A stretch of DNA of 64,000 nt from Terriglobia bacterium (GTDB lineage Bacteria; Acidobacteriota; Polarisedimenticolia; Polarisedimenticolales; JAIQFR01): positions 352,001 through 416,000 of the forward strand of contig CAVVHE010000008.1 of the NCBI GenBank assembly GCA_963748015.1, given 5' to 3'. Each line of letters begins with the position of its first letter. Positions within the stretch are counted from its first letter, which is position 1. The notes beneath the pieces were generated by a model. The model searched no databases. It was given only the letters and a program-made list of their open reading frames with translations, and was not told the DNA's origin. Both the position numbers and the translations under genes were made by a program. Below, piece after piece: positions 28,850 to 37,514 of the stretch.

Positions 28850-29952
28850 AGGATCACCAGCTCCGCGTGCAGCGCGCCCGAGGCTCGCATCGCCTGGAAG
28901 ATCGCGATCATGTCGCGGGCCGACACGCCGAGGGTGTTCAGCGCCTGCACGATCTCGCCCACGCTCACCCCCTCCTCGAGAGTGATCACGCTGTTCGGCT
29001 GCTCGGTGGTCGTGACGTCCTCGAGGGGGACGGTGACGGTCTCGCCCTTCGGGGAGTAAGGAGCCGGCTGCGATACCTCGAGCCTGGTGCGGACCTCGAC
29101 GGTGAGGTTGCCGTGCGCGAGGGCGACCTTCGACACGCGCACGTCGCTCCCCAGGACCACGGTGCCGGTCCTCTCGTTGATGACTACTCTGGCCACGGAG
29201 TCGGGGCGTACCTCGACGGCCTCCACCTTGGCCAGGAGCCCGACCGGATCGCCGACTAGGCTCGCGGGCGGGTTGACGCGCACGCCCCCAGGATCCTCGG
29301 CGTGCGCCGACCCCGGCCCGAAGGAAGCGTTGATCGCGTCGGCGATGCGCGAGGCGGTCGCGAAGTCGGGCTCGTCGAGCAGGAGGCGGAAGGAAGTCGC
29401 GGCCGCGAGGTCCATGGGGACGGATCGCTCGACGACCGCCCCGCCCGGAATCCTCCCCGCCGTGGGATGGTTCTTCTGCAGCGTGTTGCCGCCGCCGCCG
29501 CCGAGGAAGGCGCCGCCGATCGAGACCGCCCCCTGGGCGACCGCGTAGGTCCCGCCGTCGGGGCCGAGGAGCGGCGTCATCAGCAGCGTTCCGCCCTGGA
29601 GGCTCTTCGCGTCGCCGAGCGACGACACCTGGACGTCCAGAGGCTGTCCCGGCCGCGCGAACGGGGGCAGCTGGGCGGTCACCATGACGGCCGCCACGTT
29701 GCGGACGCGGATCGAGGACTGCGGGACGGTGACGCCGCTGCGGCGCAGCAGGTTGGCCAGGCTCTGGATCGTGAAGGCGGCCTGCGTGCCGTCGCCCGTG
29801 CCCTGGAGCCCGACCACCAACCCGTAGCCGATGATCGGGTTCGATCGCACCCCCTCGACGGAGGCCAGGTCCTTGACGCGGACCTCGGGGGAGGCGAGGA
29901 GCGGCCCGGCGAGGAGAAGCGTCACCGCGACGATCAAGCACGTTCTAAGCAT
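28846..29952 (-). CDS. flgI: Flagellar P-ring protein FlgI
   Basis: GVRSNPIIGYGLVVGLQGTGD, NVAAVMVTA and INERTGTVV motifs. Confidence 0.96.
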   Translation of the reverse strand: MLRTCLIVAVTLLLAGPLLASPEVRVKDLASVEGVRSNPIIGYGLVVGLQGTGDGTQAAFTIQSLANLLRRSGVTVPQSSIRVRNVAAVMVTAQLPPFARPGQPLDVQVSSLGDAKSLQGGTLLMTPLLGPDGGTYAVAQGAVSIGGAFLGGGGGNTLQKNHPTAGRIPGGAVVERSVPMDLAAATSFRLLLDEPDFATASRIADAINASFGPGSAHAEDPGGVRVNPPASLVGDPVGLLAKVEAVEVRPDSVARVVINERTGTVVLGSDVRVSKVALAHGNLTVEVRTRLEVSQPAPYSPKGETVTVPLEDVTTTEQPNSVITLEEGVSVGEIVQALNTLGVSARDMIAIFQAMRASGALHAELVIL

Positions 29953-29982
29953 CGTGACTCCTGTGGAGACCATGGCCTTCCG

Positions 29983-30693
29983 TCAGAACGGCCAGAGCCT
30001 GTTCATCACCCGCATGAACCAGCCTTGCCTCACCGTGTCGTCCAGCTCGCCGCGCCCCCAGAGCCTCACCGTCAGGTCGCCCACGGAGGAGGAGGGGACC
30101 GCGTTGTTCGGAGCCACGTCCACGGGCCGCACCGACCCGACCAGCGTCAGGATCTGGCGGTCGCGGTTCACCATGACGTTCTTCTGCCCCGCGACGATCA
30201 TGTCCCCGTTGGGGAGAACGCGGATCACGCGCGTGGTGATGTATCCCTCCAGCTTGTTGCTGCGGCTGGTCTTGCCGTTCCCCTTGTGGGACATGTCGGT
30301 GTTCGTGCTCAGCACGTGGGCGAGGTCGAACGTGCCCGGGGCCGCATTGGGGTTCTCGAGGCCGAACACCACCGGCGCCCCGTAGTCCGCCTGGGACTGC
30401 CGGTCGAGGTCGGTCGTCGCCTCGCTGCTTCCCATCGAGGACTCGGTGACGCCGATCGTCACGAGATCGTTGACCCGGAACGCCCGGGTGTCGCGCGCCA
30501 GCGCCGCGCCCGGCCCGGCGTCGGTCCAGAGGGAGCCGGACGACGGCACGGGGACGGGAAAGGGCGGCAGCACCCCGAGGTCGGTCTCGAGCTGCTCGAC
30601 GTCGGACTTCAGGCTGGGGCTCGGGCCCCGGTGGATCATCGCGCACCCGGTGGCGAGCAGCAGCAGGAGCGGCAGCATCCGCGAGAGCCTCAT
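29983..30693 (-). CDS. flgH: Flagellar L-ring lipoprotein FlgH
   Basis: Lipobox LATGC; GSLW, VLPNGDM and GSVRPVDV motifs; ends WPF. Confidence 0.93.
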   Translation of the reverse strand: MRLSRMLPLLLLLATGCAMIHRGPSPSLKSDVEQLETDLGVLPPFPVPVPSSGSLWTDAGPGAALARDTRAFRVNDLVTIGVTESSMGSSEATTDLDRQSQADYGAPVVFGLENPNAAPGTFDLAHVLSTNTDMSHKGNGKTSRSNKLEGYITTRVIRVLPNGDMIVAGQKNVMVNRDRQILTLVGSVRPVDVAPNNAVPSSSVGDLTVRLWGRGELDDTVRQGWFMRVMNRLWPF

Positions 30694-31469
30694 GATCTCC
30701 TCCTCCTCGATTCGACGGACCGGAGCACCAGGAGCGAGCCGTCGGGCTGCACACGCCCGATGACCATGGACCCCGTCGCGGCGTTCACCGCCGGTACCGA
30801 GTCGCCGGCGGCGCCGTCGCGCCGCGCCGTGCCGCTGGCGGCCACGGAGAACCTCGAGTTCTCGATCTTGAGCGTCACCGGCTGGCCGCGGCGGACCAAC
30901 GTCGGCCCTCCGAGGAGCGACGCGGTGAGCACCTGCCCGGCGGCGATCGTGCGGAGAGGCACCTGGCCCCGGACTTCGGCCGCCCCGCGCAGCGGCGGTT
31001 CGGTCAGGCGGGTCACGGCCGTCTCCGCGATCTCGACGGCGTCGAGCGGGACCGGCACGCCGCGGCGCAACGTGGCGCGGGAGACCAGGACGGGTCCCCG
31101 GACCTCTCCGCGCACGGTCGCGCGGGCCTCGCCCGCGGGCTTCCCGCCGGCGAGGACGCGAAGGCGCACCCGCGCCACGCCGGACCCGTTCGGCCCTTCG
31201 GCCTCGAGAACCTCGAGTCGGATCGGTCCCGCCTCGGGGCGCGAGCCGCCGTCCATGCGGCAGGCCACCACCTCGAAGTAATCGGGGGGGGCGATGCGAG
31301 CCTTGATCGCCTCGGCGGCCGCTTGCTCGACGAGTCCGGCGAAGGCCGCCTCGGTGATCGTCGCTTCCGCGACGACGGGCGGCTCGCTCGCGAGCGAGGG
31401 TGCGCCGAGCCCGGCGGCGAGCGCCGCCGCGAGGACCGAGGCGCCGAGGGACGACGTTGCAAGACGCAT
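30690..31469 (-). CDS. flgA: P-ring chaperone FlgA
   Basis: Signal peptide; SAF domain LVRRGQPV..G.ARRDGAAGD.V.AVN. Confidence 0.88.
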   Translation of the reverse strand: MRLATSSLGASVLAAALAAGLGAPSLASEPPVVAEATITEAAFAGLVEQAAAEAIKARIAPPDYFEVVACRMDGGSRPEAGPIRLEVLEAEGPNGSGVARVRLRVLAGGKPAGEARATVRGEVRGPVLVSRATLRRGVPVPLDAVEIAETAVTRLTEPPLRGAAEVRGQVPLRTIAAGQVLTASLLGGPTLVRRGQPVTLKIENSRFSVAASGTARRDGAAGDSVPAVNAATGSMVIGRVQPDGSLLVLRSVESRRRRS

Positions 31470-31480
31470 GGCTCGACGCC

Positions 31481-32269
31481 TCACCGCACCAGGTTGCTGA
31501 CCTGCTGCATCATCTCGTCCGACACCCGGACCACCTTCGAGTTCAGCTCGTAGGCGCGCTGGGCGGCGATCATGTCCACCATCTCGCTCACGATGCTGAC
31601 GTTCGACATCTCCAGGAAGCCCTGGGCGATCGTTCCGAGCCCCTCGAGGCCCGGGGTCCCGTCCACGGGATCTCCGGAGGCGGAGGTTTGCTTCAGGAGG
31701 TTGCTCCCGACGCTCTGGAGTCCCGTCGGGTTGAGGAAGTTGGCGATCTCGATCTGGCCGACCTCGGTCGCGACGGACTGTCCGGGCTGCGTCACGCTCA
31801 CCGTCCCGTCGACCCCGACGGTGACCGTCAGGGTGTCGTTGGGCAGCGTGATGGGGGGGTCGAGCTGGAATCCCTGCGCCGTGACGAGCTGCCCCTCGTT
31901 GTTGGGGGTGAACGCGCCGTCCCGCGTGTAGGCGATCGTCCCGTCCGGCAACAGCACCTTGAAGAACCCCTGCCCCTGGATCACCAGGTCCATCGGGTTG
32001 TCCGTCTTCTTGAAGTCCCCCTGGCTGAAGAGCTTCTTGACGGACGACGGCTTGGTCCCGAGCCCCATCTGGATCCCGGCCGGGTTCCGCGTGCTCGAGG
32101 ACGACGGCGCCCCGGGGGCCGTCACGGTCTGGTAGAGAATGTCCTGGAACTCGGCCCGGCTGCGCTTGAAGCCGTTGGTGCCCACGTTGGCCAGGTTGTT
32201 CGCGATCGTGTCGATCTGCAGCTGCTGCGCCTGCATTCCCGTCGTGGCGCTCCACATCGATCTCTGCAT
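31481..32269 (-). CDS. flgG: Distal rod protein FlgG
   Basis: GMQAQQ..IANNLANV.TNGFK and LEMSNV..EMVDMIAAQRAYELNSK. Confidence 0.97.
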   Translation of the reverse strand: MQRSMWSATTGMQAQQLQIDTIANNLANVGTNGFKRSRAEFQDILYQTVTAPGAPSSSSTRNPAGIQMGLGTKPSSVKKLFSQGDFKKTDNPMDLVIQGQGFFKVLLPDGTIAYTRDGAFTPNNEGQLVTAQGFQLDPPITLPNDTLTVTVGVDGTVSVTQPGQSVATEVGQIEIANFLNPTGLQSVGSNLLKQTSASGDPVDGTPGLEGLGTIAQGFLEMSNVSIVSEMVDMIAAQRAYELNSKVVRVSDEMMQQVSNLVR

Positions 32270-32298
32270 GGTCGCTCTCCTTCGAGCCGGGCGATTGC

Positions 32299-33030
32299 CT
32301 AGCCGACGATGTCGTTGACGGCCTTCCGGTTCGTCTCGTTCATCGTCGTCGAGACGAGCTTCTGGTAGGTTTCGAACGAACGCTGGGCCTCTATCAGCTC
32401 GACCAGCTCGCCCAGGGCGTTCGTGCCCGACCCCTCGAGCCAGCCTGGCTTCACCGACGGGTCGGTCACCTTCGCCAGGGCGGCGTCGCCCCCGTCCGGC
32501 GCCAGCAGGTTGTTCCCCTCCGGGCGCAATGCGCGCTTCGGATCGCGCATCACGAGCAGCCGGCCGATCTCGCTCTCCCCGTTCACGAGACGCGCGTCCC
32601 CGGTCACGATCGCGCCCGGAACCACGCCGGTGATCGGTTTTCCGCTCGCGCCGAGGACCGGGTTGCCCATGGCGTCGACCAACGCCCCGGTCGAGGTGAC
32701 ATCGAGGGCGCCGGCGCGCGTGTAGCGCCTTCCCGCCGGTGTCTGCACCGCCAGGAACTGGTCGGCGTCGAGGGCGAGGTCGAGCGCGCGGCCGGTGTCG
32801 CGCAGCGGGCCGGGGCCGGGCACCTCGTACGTGCCGGCGAGGGCCACAGCGGCGTTCGCCGCGCGGATCCCTTCCGCGGTGTCGGGCCCGAACCTCTGGT
32901 ACACGGTCGAGAAGGCGCGCTGCGAGCGATAGGCCGGCGTCGAGGTGTTCGCGAGGTTGTTCGAGATCAGCTCGAGCCGCCGCTGCTCGACCAGCATTCC
33001 CGAGGCGGCGGTGTACAGCTGGCTGTTCAT
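32299..33030 (-). CDS. flgF: Proximal rod protein FlgF
   Basis: LYTAASGM, NNLAN, TGRALDLAL and YTRAG motifs; directly upstream of flgG. Confidence 0.9.
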   Translation of the reverse strand: MNSQLYTAASGMLVEQRRLELISNNLANTSTPAYRSQRAFSTVYQRFGPDTAEGIRAANAAVALAGTYEVPGPGPLRDTGRALDLALDADQFLAVQTPAGRRYTRAGALDVTSTGALVDAMGNPVLGASGKPITGVVPGAIVTGDARLVNGESEIGRLLVMRDPKRALRPEGNNLLAPDGGDAALAKVTDPSVKPGWLEGSGTNALGELVELIEAQRSFETYQKLVSTTMNETNRKAVNDIVG

Positions 33031-33108
33031 GTTCTTTTCCTCCCGTCGGTTCCGGCGGGCTCGTCACCCGCCTCGCGGCATCCCCGCGCGATCGCCCCCT
33101 GCGTATTC

Positions 33109-33124
33109 ATCAAGGCCTGTGCCA
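33109..33124 (-). promoter_or_regulatory. sigma54 promoter of the flgFGAHIJ operon
   Basis: TGGCAC-AGGCC-TTGAT (-12 element GA instead of GC). Confidence 0.7.
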
Positions 33125-33160
33125 GGTGCATGGCGCTCCCGCGACGGCTTTGCCGGGCCG

Positions 33161-33499
33161 TCACGCCACGCTCTCCGCGGCACGGCGGCCGGATGTTGCC
33201 GCCCGCGGCAACTCCCCGCCGCCGGCGGCGCGCCGCCGCCAGCGGGCGATGTCCTCGGCCAGCTTCGCCTCACCCCGCGCCACGGACTCCGCCTCCTCCA
33301 CCTCGTTCACGAGGGCCTCGAGCGGGTCCCCCTCGAGGGCCGCCGCGGCGGCGCCGGGAGCGAGAATGGGCGGGGCGGGGGATGGGGCGGCCGCGCGCCG
33401 GCGCTTCCGTCCCTCGCGTCCCGCGAGGACGAGCGCGAGGAGCGCGAAGAGGTTCAGCGCGGCCAGGGCCGCGACGGCCGGTACGATCGCTCCGTTCAT
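33161..33499 (-). CDS. Hypothetical 112-aa protein with N-terminal TM helix
   Basis: ATGA overlap with the fliN stop; hydrophobic N-terminus, then a charged helix. Confidence 0.65.
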   Translation of the reverse strand: MNGAIVPAVAALAALNLFALLALVLAGREGRKRRRAAAPSPAPPILAPGAAAAALEGDPLEALVNEVEEAESVARGEAKLAEDIARWRRRAAGGGELPRAATSGRRAAESVA

Positions 33500-33789
33500 G
33501 GCCTCACCTTCCCGCCCGGGTCGGGCTCCATCCGCGCGAGGCGCTGCAGCGCCGTCGCGGTCACGCGGAATCCGAACTTGCCGTCCACCACCACCAGCTC
33601 TCCGGAGGCGACGACGTCCCCGTTGACCACGAGGTCCACGGGCCCGTCGGGGTCGCTGCTCAAGGGGAGCAGCCCGCCCGGCTCGAGCTCGAGGAGCCGC
33701 TCGAGCGGGACGCTCTCCGCAGGGAGCCAGACCTCGACCGGGAATTCGAGGCCGAAGAACGCGCCGCCGGGCGCCGCCGTGTCGCTCAT
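33496..33789 (-). CDS. fliN: FliN-like SpoA-domain switch protein (copy 1)
   Basis: LLELEPGGLLPL, PVDLVVNG and GELVVVDGKFGFRVT motifs. Confidence 0.88.
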   Translation of the reverse strand: MSDTAAPGGAFFGLEFPVEVWLPAESVPLERLLELEPGGLLPLSSDPDGPVDLVVNGDVVASGELVVVDGKFGFRVTATALQRLARMEPDPGGKVRP

Positions 33790-34742
33790 GGCCGATCCCT
33801 CCGGGCGGAAGGCGCGTGCCGGCCGCGCCGCCACTCCACCCTGAATTCCGATCCGTCCTTGCCGCGGGCTACCCGCCCGCGGAAGAGCGCTTGTCCCGCA
33901 ACCCTCAGCTCGAGGCGGGAGTCTTCAGCCGCGTCGAGAAGGAGCACCGTTCCCTGCTTCAGCTCGACCAGCTCGCCGAAGCTCACGCGCCCCGCCCTCA
34001 GCACCGGCCGCGTCTCGGCGCGCACGCGCCCGAGCGCGTGCGCGAGCGGCCCGGCGCCGATCGCCGCCGCCCGCGCCTCGGCCTTCGGCGGCGCGAGCAG
34101 TCCTGCGGCGACGAGGACCAGAGCGCTGCGCTCCGCCTTGCCGAGGCGGACGCGAATCAGTCCCACACCCACCGTCTCGCCCGCGGCCGCCACGGCTCGA
34201 GGGACGCGCCCCACGCCGAGCTCGCCCGGGGCCAGCGCGCCCCGGAACATCCTGCCGAGGGGGCCCGCGGCCGATGCGCCGAGCTTGCCGAGCACGCGAA
34301 GCTCGAGCGGGGTCGGCTCGCGGGCGGCGTCCGTCAGCCCTCCCGCGCCGCCGAGCGCGCGCTCCACCAGGGCGAGGGCGGTTCCGGGGGCGAGCACGAG
34401 GGCCAGGCCGCCGCCGGTCTCGCAGGCGAACGACGGGACCCAGGCGGGGGCGGGGATCGCCGAGAGGGCGGCCGCCGCGGCCTGCTGCTGGAACCCGTCC
34501 ACCTCGAGCGTCACGTCCTCGCCGAGCTCGTGGCGCAGCGCCTCCTGGAGCGTGGCGCAGATGGACGCCATCCTCTTCTTCGCCTCGCCCTCGGCCCCCG
34601 GCGGGATCGCCACGGGCTCCCGCAACGAGTACGGGGTCGGCCCCGGGCCCGCTCCGGCCGCCGCCGGCTCGGGCGCGTTCGCGCCCATCCCGGACAGGAC
34701 GCCGGCCACCTCTTCGGGGCGCAGCAGGGGTCCTTCGCTCAT
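33786..34742 (-). CDS. fliM: Flagellar motor switch protein FliM (divergent)
   Basis: PYSLREP, ALGGAG and REPTPLE motifs; C-terminal SpoA domain (ELKQGTVLLL). Confidence 0.85.
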   Translation of the reverse strand: MSEGPLLRPEEVAGVLSGMGANAPEPAAAGAGPGPTPYSLREPVAIPPGAEGEAKKRMASICATLQEALRHELGEDVTLEVDGFQQQAAAAALSAIPAPAWVPSFACETGGGLALVLAPGTALALVERALGGAGGLTDAAREPTPLELRVLGKLGASAAGPLGRMFRGALAPGELGVGRVPRAVAAAGETVGVGLIRVRLGKAERSALVLVAAGLLAPPKAEARAAAIGAGPLAHALGRVRAETRPVLRAGRVSFGELVELKQGTVLLLDAAEDSRLELRVAGQALFRGRVARGKDGSEFRVEWRRGRHAPSARRDRP

Positions 34743-35530
34743 CGCCGCCTCCCTCCGCTTCCCGCCGCCGCGCCGGCCCTCGCCGGCGGAGCGGCTCTCA
34801 ACCGCGCCTCGAGGGCGACGCGCAGCCTCGATGCCGCCTGCCCGTGGAGCTGACAGACTCTCGACTCCGTGATGCCGAGCACGGCACCGACTTCCTTCAT
34901 GTTCAGCTCTTCGTGGTAATAGAGCTCCATCACGCGGCGCTCCCGCTCCGGCAGCCGGACGATCTCCTCGGCGAGCGCCCGCAGGAGATCGCGCCGCTCG
35001 AGATCTCTGCCCGGCAGCTCCGATTCGGAAGCCGCCGGCGTGTCGAGGCCGTCGGGCAGGTCCTCGATCGAGAGGATCGGGCCCGCGCTGACGTCCTGGA
35101 GAAGGCTCCGGTAGGACTCGAGGTCGAGCCCCATCGCGGAGGCGATCTCCTCCTCGCCGGCGGGGCCGCCCGAAACGCTCGCGAGGCGGCCCACCGCCTC
35201 GTCCATCTCCCGCCGCCCGCGACGCACGGACCGAGGCCGCCAGTCCCGCTGCCGCAAGCCGTCCAGGATCGCGCCGCGCACCCGGGCCTCCGCGTAGGTC
35301 CGGAAGCGCACGCCGCGCGAAGGGTCGTACTTGGCGGCGGCGTCGAGCAGGCCCACGACGCCGTCGCTCACCAGGTCCTCGAGCTCGACGCTCGCCGGCA
35401 GGCGCGACGCGATCCGGAGCGCGGCATAGCGCACGAGGTCCACGTGCGACTCCAGGAAGAGCCGCCGCTCGGGGGAGTCCCCGTCTCGCGCCGCCTCGGA
35501 CCACGGCATGGGCGCCGCCGGCGTGTTCAT
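34739..35530 (-). CDS. fliA: RNA polymerase sigma28 factor FliA
   Basis: LPASVELEDLVSDG, FRTYAEARVRGAILDGLR and GITESRVCQLH motifs. Confidence 0.96.
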   Translation of the reverse strand: MNTPAAPMPWSEAARDGDSPERRLFLESHVDLVRYAALRIASRLPASVELEDLVSDGVVGLLDAAAKYDPSRGVRFRTYAEARVRGAILDGLRQRDWRPRSVRRGRREMDEAVGRLASVSGGPAGEEEIASAMGLDLESYRSLLQDVSAGPILSIEDLPDGLDTPAASESELPGRDLERRDLLRALAEEIVRLPERERRVMELYYHEELNMKEVGAVLGITESRVCQLHGQAASRLRVALEARLRAAPPARAGAAAGSGGRRR

Positions 35531-36369
35531 TGGAGCGGCCCCGTGCTCGCGGATGCCAGGAGCCGCTCGAAGTAGCCGTCGCCCGCCGAGGGGGCCGGCG
35601 CCGCGGCGATCGCGAGGGCGATCCTCTCGTAGCAACGGGCCGCGCGGCTCGCGGGGAAGAGATCGAGAACGGCCCGCTGCCGGCGCACGCACTCGCCGAC
35701 GCGCGGGTCGCGGAAGACGGGGCCGAGCCACCCGGGCTCCTTGCCGAGGAAGTGCGCGGCGGCCTTCGAGATCTGCTCGTAGGCTCGTGCGGCCTCCTCC
35801 TCGCTCTCGACGCCGTTGACCACGAGGTCCACCTGCTTCCGCGGGTCGGCCATCCAGAGCACCTTGAGGGTCGCGTACGCGTCCACGAGCGACGTCGGCT
35901 CCGCCGTCGTCACGACCAGAACGCGCGAGGCCGCGAGCTGCAGGGAGAGCGTGGCGTCGCCGAGGCCTGCGCCCGTGTCCACGAGCACGTCGTCTGCGAG
36001 CGTCGCGGCTTCCGCGAGGGCCGCGACGAGCCGCGCGCGCGCCGGCGGGGCCAGCCTCGCCAGCTCCGGCACGCCCGAGGCGGCCGGAAGGATGCGAATG
36101 CCCGACGGGCCGTCGAGGAGCAGATCCTGGAGGCGCGCCGCGCCCGAGAGCAGGTGCTCGACGGTGCGCTCGGGGACCAGGCCGAGAAGAACGTCCACGT
36201 TGGCGAGACCGAGATCCCCGTCCACCAGCAGGACGCTCCGGCCGCACCGGCTCAGCGCCACCGCGAGGTTGACCGCGAGGTTGCTCTTGCCCACGCCCCC
36301 CTTGCTGCCGGTGATCGCCAGCGAGAGCCGGGACGCGAGGGCGGGGCGGGAGGCGGGGACGGGCATCAT
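35527..36369 (-). CDS. flhG: MinD-like ATPase FlhG/FleN
   Basis: KGGVGKS, DGDLGLANVDVLLG, DTGAG and EPTSLVDAYA motifs. Confidence 0.93.
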   Translation of the reverse strand: MMPVPASRPALASRLSLAITGSKGGVGKSNLAVNLAVALSRCGRSVLLVDGDLGLANVDVLLGLVPERTVEHLLSGAARLQDLLLDGPSGIRILPAASGVPELARLAPPARARLVAALAEAATLADDVLVDTGAGLGDATLSLQLAASRVLVVTTAEPTSLVDAYATLKVLWMADPRKQVDLVVNGVESEEEAARAYEQISKAAAHFLGKEPGWLGPVFRDPRVGECVRRQRAVLDLFPASRAARCYERIALAIAAAPAPSAGDGYFERLLASASTGPLQ

Positions 36370-37502
36370 GCTCTCCTCTCGTGAGCTCCGGCCTGGGAGC
36401 GTCCGGCGCGCAGGAGCAGCGCGGTGAGGCGCCGCGGGGAGACGGTGTCGAGGTCCTGGGGCACGCGGTGGCCGCAGGTCACGAACGAAAGCGGGAGCTC
36501 GGACCCCGCCAGCGCCGTCACCAGCTCGCCGACCCGCAGGCCGTCGTCCACGCGGGAGAAGCCCGCGCAGGTGGGGCGCAGAGGCGCGAACCGGTCGAGC
36601 ACCCTGGCGGCCTCGTCGCGGTGCAGCCCCGCGGGAAGCAGCACGGCCACCCCCGCGTCCGGGACCGCCTCGCGCAGCTGCTCGATGGCGCGCATCCGGC
36701 TGTCGTCGCCGCGCGCGATGCCGGGCGTGTCCACCACGACCATGCCCGACTCGCCCGCGTCCTCAAGGGCGCAAACGAGGTCGTCGGCATCGTCCACGCG
36801 CGCCAGGAGGGCGCCGATGTGCCGCGAGTAGATCTCCGCCTGCTCGATCGACCCGATGCGGTCCACGTCGGCCTCTCCGAAGAAGACGTGCCTCTGGCCC
36901 GGGGCCGCGAGGCGGGCGACCAGCTTGGCGACGGTCGTCGTCTTGCCGCAGCCGGGGGGGCCCACCACGAACAGGCAGCGGCCGCCGACGGGGATCGGCG
37001 CGAGCGGCACGAGCGCCTCGACCCCCTTCGTCGCGGCGGCGGCGAGCCCCTTCGGGTCCCCGCCCGAGGGAAGGGCGCGAGAGGCGATGCGGGCGAACCG
37101 CTCCGCAAGGTCGTCCGACAGTCCCGATGCGACGAGCGCCGCGACCGCGGCGCGGAGCGCCGGAACCGTCATGGTCTTCGGGGCGTCCGGCGCCGCGTTC
37201 CCGTCTCCCGCGGCGGCGGCGGCGGGTTTCGGCGCCGCGGCCGGACCGGCCGGCGCCGGGGAGGTGTCGATCCTCGACCGCAGGCGCTCCACCTCGCGCG
37301 CAAGGTGACGTACGGCGTCGTCGCCCCCGGCGTCCGGGCCGAGGGCCGGGCGCGCCGCGCCGACGGTCACCTCGATGCCGGAGAGGCCCAGGCGGCCGGG
37401 CACCTCGCTGGTCGCCAGGACCAGCGCGTCCGGGCCCAGCTCGGCGCGTGCCTCCGCGAGGGCGGTCGCGAGATCCGGGGCCCTGTAGGTCTTGAGCAGC
37501 AT
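36366..37502 (-). CDS. flhF: SRP-type GTPase FlhF
   Basis: N-terminal ELGPDALVL; GPPGCGKTTT, DTPG and GHRVPQDL motifs. Confidence 0.9.
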   Translation of the reverse strand: MLLKTYRAPDLATALAEARAELGPDALVLATSEVPGRLGLSGIEVTVGAARPALGPDAGGDDAVRHLAREVERLRSRIDTSPAPAGPAAAPKPAAAAAGDGNAAPDAPKTMTVPALRAAVAALVASGLSDDLAERFARIASRALPSGGDPKGLAAAATKGVEALVPLAPIPVGGRCLFVVGPPGCGKTTTVAKLVARLAAPGQRHVFFGEADVDRIGSIEQAEIYSRHIGALLARVDDADDLVCALEDAGESGMVVVDTPGIARGDDSRMRAIEQLREAVPDAGVAVLLPAGLHRDEAARVLDRFAPLRPTCAGFSRVDDGLRVGELVTALAGSELPLSFVTCGHRVPQDLDTVSPRRLTALLLRAGRSQAGAHERRA

Positions 37503-37514
37503 GGTCTCGTCCCG

